The translations under genes and the position numbers were made by a program. Below the pieces are notes generated by a model. That model ran no database searches, had not been told where the DNA came from, and worked only from the letters and a program-made list of their open reading frames with translations. A stretch of DNA of 64,000 nucleotides from an uncultured bacterium (GTDB lineage: Bacteria > B130-G9), in contig CBDVDH010000008.1 in assembly GCA_965372715.1 (NCBI GenBank), positions 1 to 64,000 on the forward strand, in the 5' to 3' direction. Shown piece by piece: positions 11,801 to 21,800 of this stretch; position 1 is the stretch's first letter, and each line of letters opens with the position of its first letter.

Positions 11801-14800
11801 CGGTGTGGCCAATGTTGTCGGTCGCTATCGTGTAGAACTCATACGTGCCTTCCCCATCGGTTGGCGTGAACTCCAAAGTCCCCTCTGTGGCGTCCCCGGA
11901 TGAGGAGACGCCGCTATCGCTCCAGCCCAGCCCCTCGTAGTTGTAGAACAGGACGACCTCTGTTACTCCAGAATCGGCGTCATTCGCGACGAATGCTACT
12001 TCGATTGGGGAGGAATTGGCGAATTCCGGAGACGAGCAGGTTGATGAGGGGGCCGTCAGGTCGTGAATAGTTGAATCGTCGCCGTCCCCAATCGGGCCCA
12101 ACTCCAGGTTGGCGGCCCAATCCAGGGCTAGCGTCTGGAAGTAATACGTGCCCTCGCCTTCCGAGGCGAAGAAATGAAACGTCCCGCTTGAACCCTCGAG
12201 ATAGTCGTAATAGGCCCAATTCCCACCCGTGCCGAACCTGTAGTAGAGCTTCGTGTTGTAAAGGCCCGAACCACCGTCATCGCCGGCCACGAAATCGACG
12301 GCGATTGTTGCGTCGGTGGTGTATGTGGGGGACGAGCATTCGGACCAGGGCCGAGTATCGTCAACGATTGGGCCCGAGAACGCGTCGGATGCCGGGTAGC
12401 GAGCCTCGCAGCCATCGGAGTCCTCGAACAGGAAGTAGTACTCGTGTGTTCCGGCTGAAAGCGTGCTCGAAGTATAGACGTATGTCCCGTCCGTAGATGT
12501 GCCCGACGCGAGGGCCATGTCATGGGGCGTGTCGTCGATGAATATGGTTGAGGCGGAGATGTCGTCGCTGTCCGGGTCGAGGCAATCGACTGTGTATGTG
12601 AACGCATTAGTGCTCTTCCCGAACGGCGGGGATACATCCTCGCCTGATAGCGTTGGACACTGATTGTCTGGACCTGTCAGGCAATAAACCTTGTAGTCCA
12701 GGGAACCAAAAATGACGGAGCCGTCTGGGGCAATCGAGGGTGAACTATGCACTTCACCGTCCGTCTGCCAAGTCCACAGCAGGGTGCCGCCACTCGACAG
12801 GCAATAGAGTTTAGTGTCCATTGACCCGAAGTAGAGGTTACCGTTTCCGTCGATCGCGGCAGAGCTTCTGATGTCGTCACCTGCCTCATAGGTCCACAGC
12901 AGATTGCCGTCCGCGTCCAGGGCATAGAATGTGTTGTCGCAACTGCCGAAATAGACGTTTCCGTTGGCGCCGATTGCTGGCGTCGCGTCAACATCGTCGC
13001 CCGTCGCATACGACCACGCAAACGTGCCGTCCGAGTTGAGGCAATACATCCTGTCGTCGGCGCTTCCGAACAGGACTCTTCCGGTCAAATCAAGCGCCAC
13101 TCCCCCACCGACATCGTCGCTTGACTGGTAGCTCCAGTTAACGCTTCCATTGCTTGTGTCGAGGCAATACACGTAGTCGGTGCCGGCCCCGAAGTAAACA
13201 CTGCCAAGACCGTCGAGGCACGGATGTGAATAGGCGCCGTCACCCAAGTCGTAAGACCACTTCAGCGTCCCGTCGGACGCGATGGCGAGAAACTCCCCGA
13301 GTGTTGAGGCTACAAATACCGTTCCGTCATCATCGATAACCGGTGAAGAGTCGCCGCTTCTCGTATAATAAGACCAGACGGCAACGCCGCTTGAGTTCAG
13401 CTTGTAAAGATGGCCTCCCGGGGGCTCGGACCAGGCATCAACATAGACGTTGCCCTCGGCATCTACGGCTGGGCCTGAATCGATGGCCCCGTGCATGTCA
13501 AAGGACCATGCGACAGTTCCGTCCGACTCGATGGCATAGACGTAATTGTCCCGCGAACCAATATAAACTCTCCCGTCTGCGGTTATCGCCGCTGATGAAT
13601 CGTAAACGTAGCCGCCGGTGGCGTATGTCCATTTCAGTTCCGGCGTGCCCGGGCCGCAGTAATGAGTTCTGCCGGTGTTCTGATTGTCGTGATGGAAGCT
13701 GAGCCATTCGGTTTCCGGTCTCTTTTCAGCGATAAGCAGATCGTAGCATCCCACAGCACCGGACTTATCCTCGATTTTCGCCCTGTAACTGCCTGAACTG
13801 TTACAGTGCCAGACTATCTGCGAACCCATGCCTGGGCCACTGTCGTCGTCGCTGGTGATCAGCGTTGTGCAGTCATTCTCATAGAAGTAGATTAGCGTGT
13901 CCAAGCTAGCGCTCAGCCCGTAGGTGCGAATGAAGTAGTCTTCGCCCGCCTCCGCGTCGAATCTCACCCAGTCAACATCGCCCTCGGGGCAGAACGTGTG
14001 ATACTGGGCGGCGCCGACCATTGCGTATGTGGCTGAGGCGCATGTGTCGTCGTCCTCGAACTCGTCAGTGATAGAGGGCCCCTGGAAGTGGCCGCTTCGA
14101 GGCAGCCACGAATCGCTGCCCTTTGTATCAACGAAGTAGAACCGATACTTGTGCGGCCCGGCGCCGAGTGAAGCCGCCTCGTATTCGTAAGTCCCGTCAA
14201 AGGCGTCGCCGGAGGCTAACGTCATCCCATAGGGAGTGCCGTCAACATACACGGCCATCGTAGCCGCAGCATCGCCGTCCCGATCGTAGTAGTGAACGGT
14301 GTAGAGGAAACTCGAGCCCGCGCCTCCGCATTCGGGGGTAACTGACGGATCAGAAAGCTCCGGCGTGTAGTTAGTCAGAAGGAGCTCTAGCTCGTAATCG
14401 CCGATGTCGGACGAGGAATAACCCTTCACGAGGAGGTAATAGGTTCCGGGCGTTTCACAGGTCCACTCGATCAAAGCGTTGAGGCCCTCACCATCGTCGT
14501 CATCGTAGGTGATAATCGTCTCGCAGTCGTCCGCCATCAGATACATGTAGGTGTCAACGTCGCCATAGGTCTGAACGACATACTCTGCCCCCACCTGCGC
14601 CTCGAATTCGGCCCAGTCCTGGTCTCCCTCAGGCATCAACGATCGCGACTGCCGCGTTCCGTCGTCCGAGATCGGCTTCGCGTCCTCACAGGTATCGTCC
14701 GGCTCGTAGTCATCCCCGACGGCAGGACCATCGTAGTTCCCCGCATCAGGCGCTGTGACGCCCCTGCCCTGGTCATCCTCGAAGTAGAATCTGTAGGTGT

Positions 14801-17800
14801 GGCTGCCCTGTGACAAGGTCGTCGAATAGGTATAGTCACCGTCGGCCGGGTCGCCGCTATCGAGGGTCATCGTCTCGGGCGTGCCATCGTCGATTATGAC
14901 TGTCGCGGCGGAGGGCGATTGTCCCTCAAAATCATAGTAATGAACGCTATACTCAAAGACCGTTGCATCATTGCCCGACGTCGGAGTAACCATACCATTG
15001 GAGAGGACCGGATCGTGATTGACGATCGGGCCCTGCTTAGTTCCTGCATCGGGGATGCGGTCTGAGCCACCGAACCCGTCCTCCGCGTAGTAGAATATCT
15101 GGTGGTCGCCGCCCGGCAATGTGGTTTGAACGGTATAGACGCCGTCCGCTGGGTCGCCGCAGTCGAACGTCATCTCATGTTCCGTGCCGGATACGTTCAC
15201 GTAGATCGTATCCGGCGCATCGCCGTCGGAGTCATAGTAGTGAGCGTAGAATGAGAAATCAGTATCGGTATTCCCTGTTGGGGGCGAGAAACTGTCGTCG
15301 GACAAGACCGGGGCGGTGTTCTCACGCACGATGCAGAAAACCTCGCTGCCGTTTGAGACGACTATGTGACCGTTTTGCGTGATAGCAGGAGAAGACACAA
15401 TATCGCCGCCGAGGTCCAGCGACCAGTTCAGGTTGCCGCTCTTGTCCAGGTGCAAAAGCTCTCCGTTGCAGCAGCCGACCACGATGTTCTGGTTACAATC
15501 CATTGCTGGAGAAGAGGAGACCCAATGACCCGTATCATAGCTCCACTTAAACGCTCCGCCGCCTTCTAGGGCGATGATCTTGTTTGCGTGACTGCCAAAG
15601 ACGACCGTGCCGTCCGTCGCAATGGCGACCGAGCTTGCAATCCTGTCGCCAGTCTCGTAAGACCACGCGATCGTTCCGTCTGAGGCCACCTTGTAGAGAA
15701 TCCCCGCCGTATTTCCGACGTAGATCGATCCGTCCTGATCGACCGCCGCGGAGTTGACTACATCCCCCAGGCCAGACACTAGAACGTGGCCCGTTCCGTG
15801 CATCATGTCGAGCTCGTAGAGCTCGCCGGTACTCGTCCCAACATAGACATTTGTGTCCGTCATGGCCGGGCTCTTTGGCAAACCATGAGTCGTGTATGTG
15901 GAGATCGTGCTCCCTGTCGGGCTAAGCAAGACAACCTTGTTCGACATCGTCGTGAAGCAGCTGTTACTGTCTCTATCGACTGTAATGGGGTAATGAACGG
16001 TATTACCCACATTGCAGGTCCATTTCAGAGCTCCTTCCGGGGTAACCGCCGTCACGAAGCCCCCCGAATCGCCGACGACAATGAACCCGTCTGGCGTAAC
16101 AGCAGGGGAGCTGTTGCTTGAGCTGCCCACATCGTAGGACCACTTGAGGCTGCCGTCAGGCTCGAAGGCCAGGAGGTTCCCGTCGTCAGCCATGAAGTAG
16201 ATCGTCCCGTCCGTCCCCTCGGCTGGCGATGAACTAGAATGAACGACAACCGAATAGGACCACTGGACCGTCGGGGATGAATCGAACGTCGGCACGCTCG
16301 TCCGCCCCGTGTGCCTCGCGTTGTGCCTGAACATCGGCCAGTGCGTTGTCTCGCCGGTGTCCCCGGAGACGCCGCTTATGACCAGCGCAAACGGCTGCGG
16401 CCCATTCGGCACGTTGTGCGCTCGAACCGTTATCGTGTAGGCTCCCGACTCCGGAGAGTTCAGCTGGACGGACTCGGCAGGATTCAATCTGTCCGCCGAG
16501 CCGCCGGTCGCGGACTGTCCGCCGGAATAGACGTTGCCGAGATAAGTTGTCCCGTTATAGGTAACCTCCAGGTCGAGGTCATTGACGAGGCACGGGTCAG
16601 CAAAGGTTGCGGCCGCGTAGTCTGTCCAGACCAGCGTAACCTCCAAGTAGTCCGCCGAAACACGGACGTCGTATTCCTGGGACTGGCCGGTCTGAAGCCC
16701 CGTCGTCTCGTCGGCCACCCAAAGCGGGCGATCGTCCCCTCCGAAATAGAGCGTATCTTCAAGTAGCGTCCTGCCCCAGCCCTGCGTATTGTTCGGGATG
16801 TTTCCGCCCGCGTCGCCTGTCATCTCGCGACCGCAGTTGACCATAACCGCCTTCATCAGGGCGGCCGAAGGCTCGAGGCCGTCGTCAGGATTCGCCTCGC
16901 CTGTGGGATAGTAGCCATCGACGAAATACTGCCGGATGAGGGCGACGGCCCCAGCGTGCACCGGACAGGACATGCTCGTGCCATACATCGTCCGCGTGTC
17001 GCAGTTGTAGGAGGAAATGTTGAAGTCGTTGTTGGCCGAGACAATGTAGTAGCCCGGCGCCCCAACTGTCGGCTTTAGTCTGCCGTCATCGCAGGGACCC
17101 CTGCTGCTGAAATCCGCCATGTCCTCGGGATCATAGCTCGTGGGATAGTAGTTCTCGGTTGCTCCAGAGCTCAGAACGTCCTTGGCTGTGGCCGGCGAGC
17201 CAACAGTGTTGCCACCATACTCGCCGTCGTTGCCGTTCGAGAAAAGCGCCAGGAAATCGGGATGGTCCCACATAAACTCGTCGCACGCCTGAGAATCTGA
17301 GGTGTACTCACCGCCCACCGAGGCGCCCCAGCTGTTCGAGTGAATCCTGGCCCCAGCATCGTATGCAACGATGAAGTAGTCGTTGAGGTCATAAGGAATC
17401 CCCACGAGAGAGCCCCCGTCGCCTATGTCCAGGAACACGAGCTTCGCGTTGTAGGCCATCCCGTCGTGAGTATCCGGCTGTCCCTCGTTCGCAAAATTGT
17501 CCCCAGCGACCGTGCAAGCGACGTGCGTCCCGTGATCGTAGCCATCCCAATCGCCAGTACCGGCCATATCGTAATAGACAATTATCTTCCGCTGGTCATG
17601 GTTGATTGTGTCGTTCGGAAGCCCCTCGCCAGAATCGTAGAAGTAGCACATGTCGGCATCGACGCCCGTGTCCCCGATCGCAACGAGCTGACCCGTGCCA
17701 TCCACACCCGCGTCCCAAAGCGGCGTGTAATCCTCCTGATACGACTGGATGACCCACCGCGCCTCGTGATTGTTCAGCTCAAACGGCGTCCACTCCTCGA

Positions 17801-18428
17801 TCCATTCAACGGCCTTGAGTCGCGAGACAAAGGCGATGAAGTCTCCCACCTCGGCTGACGCGATGCTCAGCCTAATCTTGCCGCCTCTGAAACTGACGGA
17901 TATGGCCAGCTCCTTGGCCGAAAACCCGGAGGCGGTGATCGTCTTGGAGACGGCATCGCAGTCCTCCCCGGCGAATACCTGCACAGTTAGCTCGACGGTA
18001 GGCTTGTCAGGAGCGCCGCCGCCCAAGTGCTTCATATACGGAAACAGCCTGGGCGAAATCTTGTAAAACGGCTGAAATAATTCGAGGTGATATAGGATGC
18101 CCTCGTCCACGAGCTGCTGGCAGTCAGACGCTGCCATCTTCACGACGAATGCATACGTCGGCAAGTATCTGAGGATTCGAGCGCCTCGTTCAGTGAGGCT
18201 TGCGCGCATCGCCGGCGTGATCGGCCCGTCAAACTGGACGATGAAGAAGTCAGTCGGGTCGGTGTCCGCCGCGCTATACGAAAGCTGCTCCGGCACAACG
18301 GGAGGGCCAACGTCCGGATCGAACGTTCCGCACCTCAGCCCGATGGGAATGCCAGAACAGAGCGTGACTGAAGAACCTAGAATCGTGATGGCGACCAGGC
18401 AAGCAAGTAGCGACTTGTTCGCACTCAT
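8898..18428 (-). CDS. Giant secreted S8 subtilase (KP-43-like), 3176 aa: prodomain, catalytic domain, two PQQ-like propellers, PPC-like domains, Ig-like repeats, choice-of-anchor-D-like domain, two terminal domains
   Basis: Signal peptide; intact triad GDTGVD / HGTHVA / GTSMSCP and oxyanion SNGNDG; HSNSWG, DGRLKP, QGWGR; repeated KWSY..G...SSPA blades; RBS AAGGAG. Confidence 0.93.
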   Translation of the reverse strand: MSANKSLLACLVAITILGSSVTLCSGIPIGLRCGTFDPDVGPPVVPEQLSYSAADTDPTDFFIVQFDGPITPAMRASLTERGARILRYLPTYAFVVKMAASDCQQLVDEGILYHLELFQPFYKISPRLFPYMKHLGGGAPDKPTVELTVQVFAGEDCDAVSKTITASGFSAKELAISVSFRGGKIRLSIASAEVGDFIAFVSRLKAVEWIEEWTPFELNNHEARWVIQSYQEDYTPLWDAGVDGTGQLVAIGDTGVDADMCYFYDSGEGLPNDTINHDQRKIIVYYDMAGTGDWDGYDHGTHVACTVAGDNFANEGQPDTHDGMAYNAKLVFLDIGDGGSLVGIPYDLNDYFIVAYDAGARIHSNSWGASVGGEYTSDSQACDEFMWDHPDFLALFSNGNDGEYGGNTVGSPATAKDVLSSGATENYYPTSYDPEDMADFSSRGPCDDGRLKPTVGAPGYYIVSANNDFNISSYNCDTRTMYGTSMSCPVHAGAVALIRQYFVDGYYPTGEANPDDGLEPSAALMKAVMVNCGREMTGDAGGNIPNNTQGWGRTLLEDTLYFGGDDRPLWVADETTGLQTGQSQEYDVRVSADYLEVTLVWTDYAAATFADPCLVNDLDLEVTYNGTTYLGNVYSGGQSATGGSADRLNPAESVQLNSPESGAYTITVRAHNVPNGPQPFALVISGVSGDTGETTHWPMFRHNARHTGRTSVPTFDSSPTVQWSYSVVVHSSSSPAEGTDGTIYFMADDGNLLAFEPDGSLKWSYDVGSSSNSSPAVTPDGFIVVGDSGGFVTAVTPEGALKWTCNVGNTVHYPITVDRDSNSCFTTMSNKVVLLSPTGSTISTYTTHGLPKSPAMTDTNVYVGTSTGELYELDMMHGTGHVLVSGLGDVVNSAAVDQDGSIYVGNTAGILYKVASDGTIAWSYETGDRIASSVAIATDGTVVFGSHANKIIALEGGGAFKWSYDTGHWVSSSPAMDCNQNIVVGCCNGELLHLDKSGNLNWSLDLGGDIVSSPAITQNGHIVVSNGSEVFCIVRENTAPVLSDDSFSPPTGNTDTDFSFYAHYYDSDGDAPDTIYVNVSGTEHEMTFDCGDPADGVYTVQTTLPGGDHQIFYYAEDGFGGSDRIPDAGTKQGPIVNHDPVLSNGMVTPTSGNDATVFEYSVHYYDFEGQSPSAATVIIDDGTPETMTLDSGDPADGDYTYSTTLSQGSHTYRFYFEDDQGRGVTAPDAGNYDGPAVGDDYEPDDTCEDAKPISDDGTRQSRSLMPEGDQDWAEFEAQVGAEYVVQTYGDVDTYMYLMADDCETIITYDDDDGEGLNALIEWTCETPGTYYLLVKGYSSSDIGDYELELLLTNYTPELSDPSVTPECGGAGSSFLYTVHYYDRDGDAAATMAVYVDGTPYGMTLASGDAFDGTYEYEAASLGAGPHKYRFYFVDTKGSDSWLPRSGHFQGPSITDEFEDDDTCASATYAMVGAAQYHTFCPEGDVDWVRFDAEAGEDYFIRTYGLSASLDTLIYFYENDCTTLITSDDDSGPGMGSQIVWHCNSSGSYRAKIEDKSGAVGCYDLLIAEKRPETEWLSFHHDNQNTGRTHYCGPGTPELKWTYATGGYVYDSSAAITADGRVYIGSRDNYVYAIESDGTVAWSFDMHGAIDSGPAVDAEGNVYVDAWSEPPGGHLYKLNSSGVAVWSYYTRSGDSSPVIDDDGTVFVASTLGEFLAIASDGTLKWSYDLGDGAYSHPCLDGLGSVYFGAGTDYVYCLDTSNGSVNWSYQSSDDVGGGVALDLTGRVLFGSADDRMYCLNSDGTFAWSYATGDDVDATPAIGANGNVYFGSCDNTFYALDADGNLLWTYEAGDDIRSSAAIDGNGNLYFGSMDTKLYCLSSGGTLLWTWQTDGEVHSSPSIAPDGSVIFGSLDYKVYCLTGPDNQCPTLSGEDVSPPFGKSTNAFTYTVDCLDPDSDDISASTIFIDDTPHDMALASGTSTDGTYVYTSSTLSAGTHEYYFLFEDSDGCEARYPASDAFSGPIVDDTRPWSECSSPTYTTDATIAVDFVAGDDGGSGLYNTKLYYRFGTGGNWAYYDYLEGSSGTFHFFASEGEGTYYFQTLALDWAANLELGPIGDGDDSTIHDLTAPSSTCSSPEFANSSPIEVAFVANDADSGVTEVVLFYNYEGLGWSDSGVSSSGDATEGTLEFTPTDGEGTYEFYTIATDNIGHTEAVPGAADDSTEYDTTAPESSCTSPQYANSSPIAVDFTASDRPSSGLAETQLWYRFNGGDWTDSGLFETGTSGSFDFPAGDDGTYGFYTIAIDNAGNVEAAPGAADDSTEYDTTAPESSCTSPQYANSSPIAVDFTASDRPSSGLAETQLWYRFNGGDWTDSGLFETGTSGSFDFPAGDDGTYGFYTIAIDNAGNVEAAPGAADDSTEYDTTAPESSCMSPQYANSSPIAVDFTASDSPSSGLAETQLWCRFNGGDWTDTGLTATGTSGSFDFPADGDGTYEFYTIAMDNAGNVEAAPGTADDSTEYDTTAPQSSCTSPQYANSSPIAVDFTASDSPSSGLAETQLWYRFNGGDWTDAGLTQTGTSGSFDFPAGGDGTYEFYTIAIDNAGNVEPAPGAADDSTVYDTIAPQSSCTSPQYANSSPIAVDFTASDNPSSGVAETQLWYRFNGGSWTDSGLTETGTSGSFDFAPADGDGTYGFYTIAIDNAGNVEPAPATADDSTIYDTTAPQSSCTSLESVTSAPFDVDFTASDTTSGIAGTALKYRFNGGAWQDWGAAQAGSSGSFNFDAPDGEGTFDFYTVATDNAGNVEEAPPEPDCTTVYSLPGADIWVNRDSIDFGQVNVGEEATETLVVRNDGDSDLFIIGMSVDDGPFDLDCPSPLPITLGPGDDVNITVMFSPDEEGLFEGELSIASNDPDTPVYDIVLSGEGVAAGELTVDVSANADAFAFGETLEIDISVENTGEPVTVDIYLVLTYELGGIEEMNWSASLLSWWTDDLRPLVTDFPIRAGFDLSMQWWSSVLPSEYPRIAKSGTYTLRMAAVEPGTLNFVSNYSFDEFTLTGEPFVDVFTNAETYSLTADTVRISLDVGLPPYPLTSDFYLVLLGSDGEFWCPTGFGADVVWITGVYPLLTYLETPPDLDLVLEAVVMNLPSDAPFDVPGQFMLFSALVEPGTLTTHSDIGTATFTLL
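9996..12360 (-). repeat. Eight tandem ~294-bp (98-aa) Ig-like coding repeats
   Basis: DTTAPxSSCTSPQYANSSPIAVDFTASD...YTIAIDNAGNVE...DDSTEY units; units 11175-11468 and 11469-11762 are identical in protein. Confidence 0.95.
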
Positions 18429-18811
18429 GCAAAACTCCTTTCAGTTATGTCAAAGGGAAATCACGACCATCGAGCTCGGTAACGCCCGAGGCCGGGGGTC
18501 CTCATCAAGAGAGTACTTCGTGCAATCTACTAGCGCTCTCGGCGAGCTGGTATTCCGTGCCAACTGGCACTCGCCGGCAGCCCACCTGCACGTAGCAGCC
18601 TCTTGTGTCAAGTACCAACTGCTGTAACGAAAAACGCAAGGCTTTTCGTCAGAAAATCCCGCAGAGGACAAGAAAGAAGGAGGGAGAAGCGCGCCTCGCA
18701 ACTATCGGTTCACCGTTGCCCAGTCGCCGCCCCGGTTGACTGATCCACAGAGAGCATCGTTTCGCGTGTCCCGCCGTGTGGGGCAGCGATAAAAGGCCAG
18801 CAGCGCTCAGG

Positions 18812-21800
18812 TCATTCGCGGAGCTCCCAACACGCCGCGCTGAATGTGCCATATAGCGACGGGGTGTCGGGCTCGAAGAACGCAGCGAAGAAGCAGTAGT
18901 TGCCCAGCACGAGCCCCGGCGGGATTGCGGTCTCGAGAATCGGCACGTCGTCGTATTCCGTTCCCGAAAGCAGTGGTCTGAATGGGTAATACCGGGTAGG
19001 GTCGGACACGAATGACGGCAGGTAAAGGAACGTGCCGTCGGGCGACATTAGGGCAATGTAAAGGTCGAGATCGATGTCATCCCCGAGATTCCTGACAGAG
19101 ACCGAGACCGTCAGGTCGTCACCTGTGGAGAAGCTCGACCCATTGGCTGCTATGGTTACACTGAAGTTAAACAGTTCGAAGCTGGCTTCCGACTCGTCAC
19201 TCAAGGCCTCCATTGAGCTGCGCAGGCAAAGCCTCGCGGTCAGCTCATATTTCCCGGATGGGAGGCCCTCCGGCAGCGTCAGCTCGAGGATGCTGAATTC
19301 CTCGTTCTCGCACCCGGCCGGCACCGAGATGGCCATTGGCGCCGGCTCGGTTGATAGGTAAGGCAGATAGAGCGATGGTCCATCAGGAAGTGTCACATTA
19401 ACATATAGGTCCGCCTCGAGTTCGTCCCCTGGATTTGTTACGTAGAGGGACAAGGCGAATTCGTCTCCGGGCACGAACTTCGATTCGTTGAGCCTCAGGT
19501 CAATCGAGCACCACGCGTGTCCGGTCGTTATCGTGAATGGCGCTGTTGCTGGGTAGCAAAGCTCATCAAAAGTGCTGTGCTCACACAAAACCGCCTTCCA
19601 TGCGTAATCGCCAGACGATAGGTCAGAAGGCAGCTCTTGATCAAAGAGCCTGTAATCGTCAAACGAAGCGCCGCTAGAAAACGGCAGGATGGGTATTGGC
19701 GTGGGCTCGGGGCCCAGGTCGGGCCAATAGAGACGCGAGCCATCTGGCAGCAGCAAGTACACGAACAGATCGACGGCACACCCGTCGCCTGCATTTGAAG
19801 CATCCAGCCAAACCGTTTGCTTTTCGCCCAGTGCGTATTCCGCCTTGTCGGTTGTAAGCGAAAGTGAGAACTCTGGGGCAGCTTCCACTCTCGGGCCGGA
19901 ATACACTCCCGTAGCGGGGCTGGACACAGCGGTCCCGGTGCGGCTTTCAAACTCGAACCGGAATGTGTGTGTGCCTGATGCGAGCTTAGTTGTATAAGCA
20001 TAGACGCCATCGTCAGGTCTGCCTTCTATACATGTCATCACTTTCCTCTCAGAACCGTCAATTATCACGTGAGCTGAGCGAGGCGCACGGCCAACGGAAC
20101 CCCTGTATTCAACACGAAAGGTGAAGTCCGTCTCGAGGTTGCCATAGGTCGGTGTGACGCAGGGATTCGAGAGCGATGGCTCAGCCTCTGAACCCTGGAC
20201 CGTGAAGGCGCCATAACGCGGAAGCGAGACGTTGCCGGAGGGGTCCTTTGAAGTCGCCTCAAACTCGTAGGGGCCCGGCGCAAGCCCCACGAGCTCAACT
20301 CGATGGCTTGTCGTGTGCTCATAGCTCGCGCGATGATATCTATCTGCTGTCGTCTCATCACTCAGGTAGTATTCAAGAACGGTCGTGGCTATTTCGTTGG
20401 TTCGCCACGTTATACTGATCGAATCATTCCCGCGTCGCGATTCGACATCTGGCCCGTATGTGAAGCTCGGAGGCGTCGTGTCCTCTTGCCCGGATGCTGT
20501 AAAGCCTTCTGTGTCAGACCAGGAGAAGTTGCCGCTGGCGTCCCGGGAGCCCACCTCGTACTCGTAGTCTGCATCTCCCTCCAGCCCAGTAATCCAGCCT
20601 GAGTGATACATAGTGTTCTCGCTTCCGGCCCAGCTGTCCTTGCCGGCCTGTCTGCTTTGCTTCTTCCAGTAATAGATCCTGCTGTCGCTCGGCTCGGAAG
20701 TATCCCAATCGATTCTGGCCTTGCCGCCCGCGTTATACGAACAGGCGATGTCCGATATATCGGGCGGCGTAGTGTCTGGTGTGTCTTGCGTCCTGAATGT
20801 TCCGACATCCTGTGAAGGTAGCGAATTGCCGGACGGGTCCTGTGACGAGATAAGGTATTCGTATGCCGTGCCCGGGGTCAATCCGGTGAGATACGCCTCG
20901 TGTTTGAACGTGGACCGGCCGCTGCGCCACAAGCCGGCGCCAGCGCCCTGAGTTGAGGCGCCCTCCTTCCAGAATATGACTTGCGTGTCGCTTACCTTGT
21001 CCGTAGTCCACTCTATCTTCGCCTCACCGTCAGTGAGATACGCAACCTCTGGGCCGGAGGTGCAATGGAGCCCCGATTCGTCAGAACTACTAAGGGTTGT
21101 GAACGTGAGGTCTGACGAAGCACTGCCTCTATTGCCCAGAAGGTCTTCGCAGTGCACCTGATAATGATATTCCGTCGCCGGGGTCAAGTCACCCAGGTAT
21201 ATCTCGTGGTCCGTGGAGGCGTTGGGCTCATTTGCGGTGCTTCCGTGCATATCGGTCTTGCCGTAGGTTACCCAGGCGGTGCAAAGCTCGTCCGTTCTGA
21301 AGCCGACGAGCGCGATTTGGACGTCAACATATATCACCTCCGGGCCCTCCACTATCTCAGGCGGCGAGGTATCCGGTTTGTTCGACGTCGCAAAGTAGAG
21401 AATCGCCGGTGAACCGACGTTGCCGGACATGTCTGTGCAGGTCAGCTCGCATTCGTATTCGGTGTTTGACTGAAGACCCTGAAGCAGAATCGAATGTTCT
21501 CTCTTGCATTCGTCCTCGGCGAACGTCGAACCGCGTCTCCTCATCGGCGAGTATAGCAAGTGACCCAATGAGGGTTCGTCTGTTGTCCAGATTACGGTCG
21601 CGCCGTTGTGTGAGACATCTGCTGCGGCCGGACCTGTCAGAACTTTCGGCGGTGTTGTATCCTCGCGCACAGCGGTTCTGAATGCGTCCCAGCAGCTGTA
21701 AGTCGGTCCGTTCCCCGCGTTATCGGTTGACCCCACTCGGAAGCGGTATGTCGTGTTCGGCGAAAGGCCGTGAAGCTGGACCGTATGCAGCTGGGTCATG

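Noticed and set aside
9996-12360. Regular repeats as a possible CRISPR array or DGR template
   Set aside because: They are 294-bp in-frame coding units with no spacers; no cas or reverse transcriptase gene is in the window and differences are not adenine-specific.
18430-18810. Riboswitch upstream of the subtilase
   Set aside because: Some stems are present but I recognise no riboswitch consensus; an Rfam search is needed.
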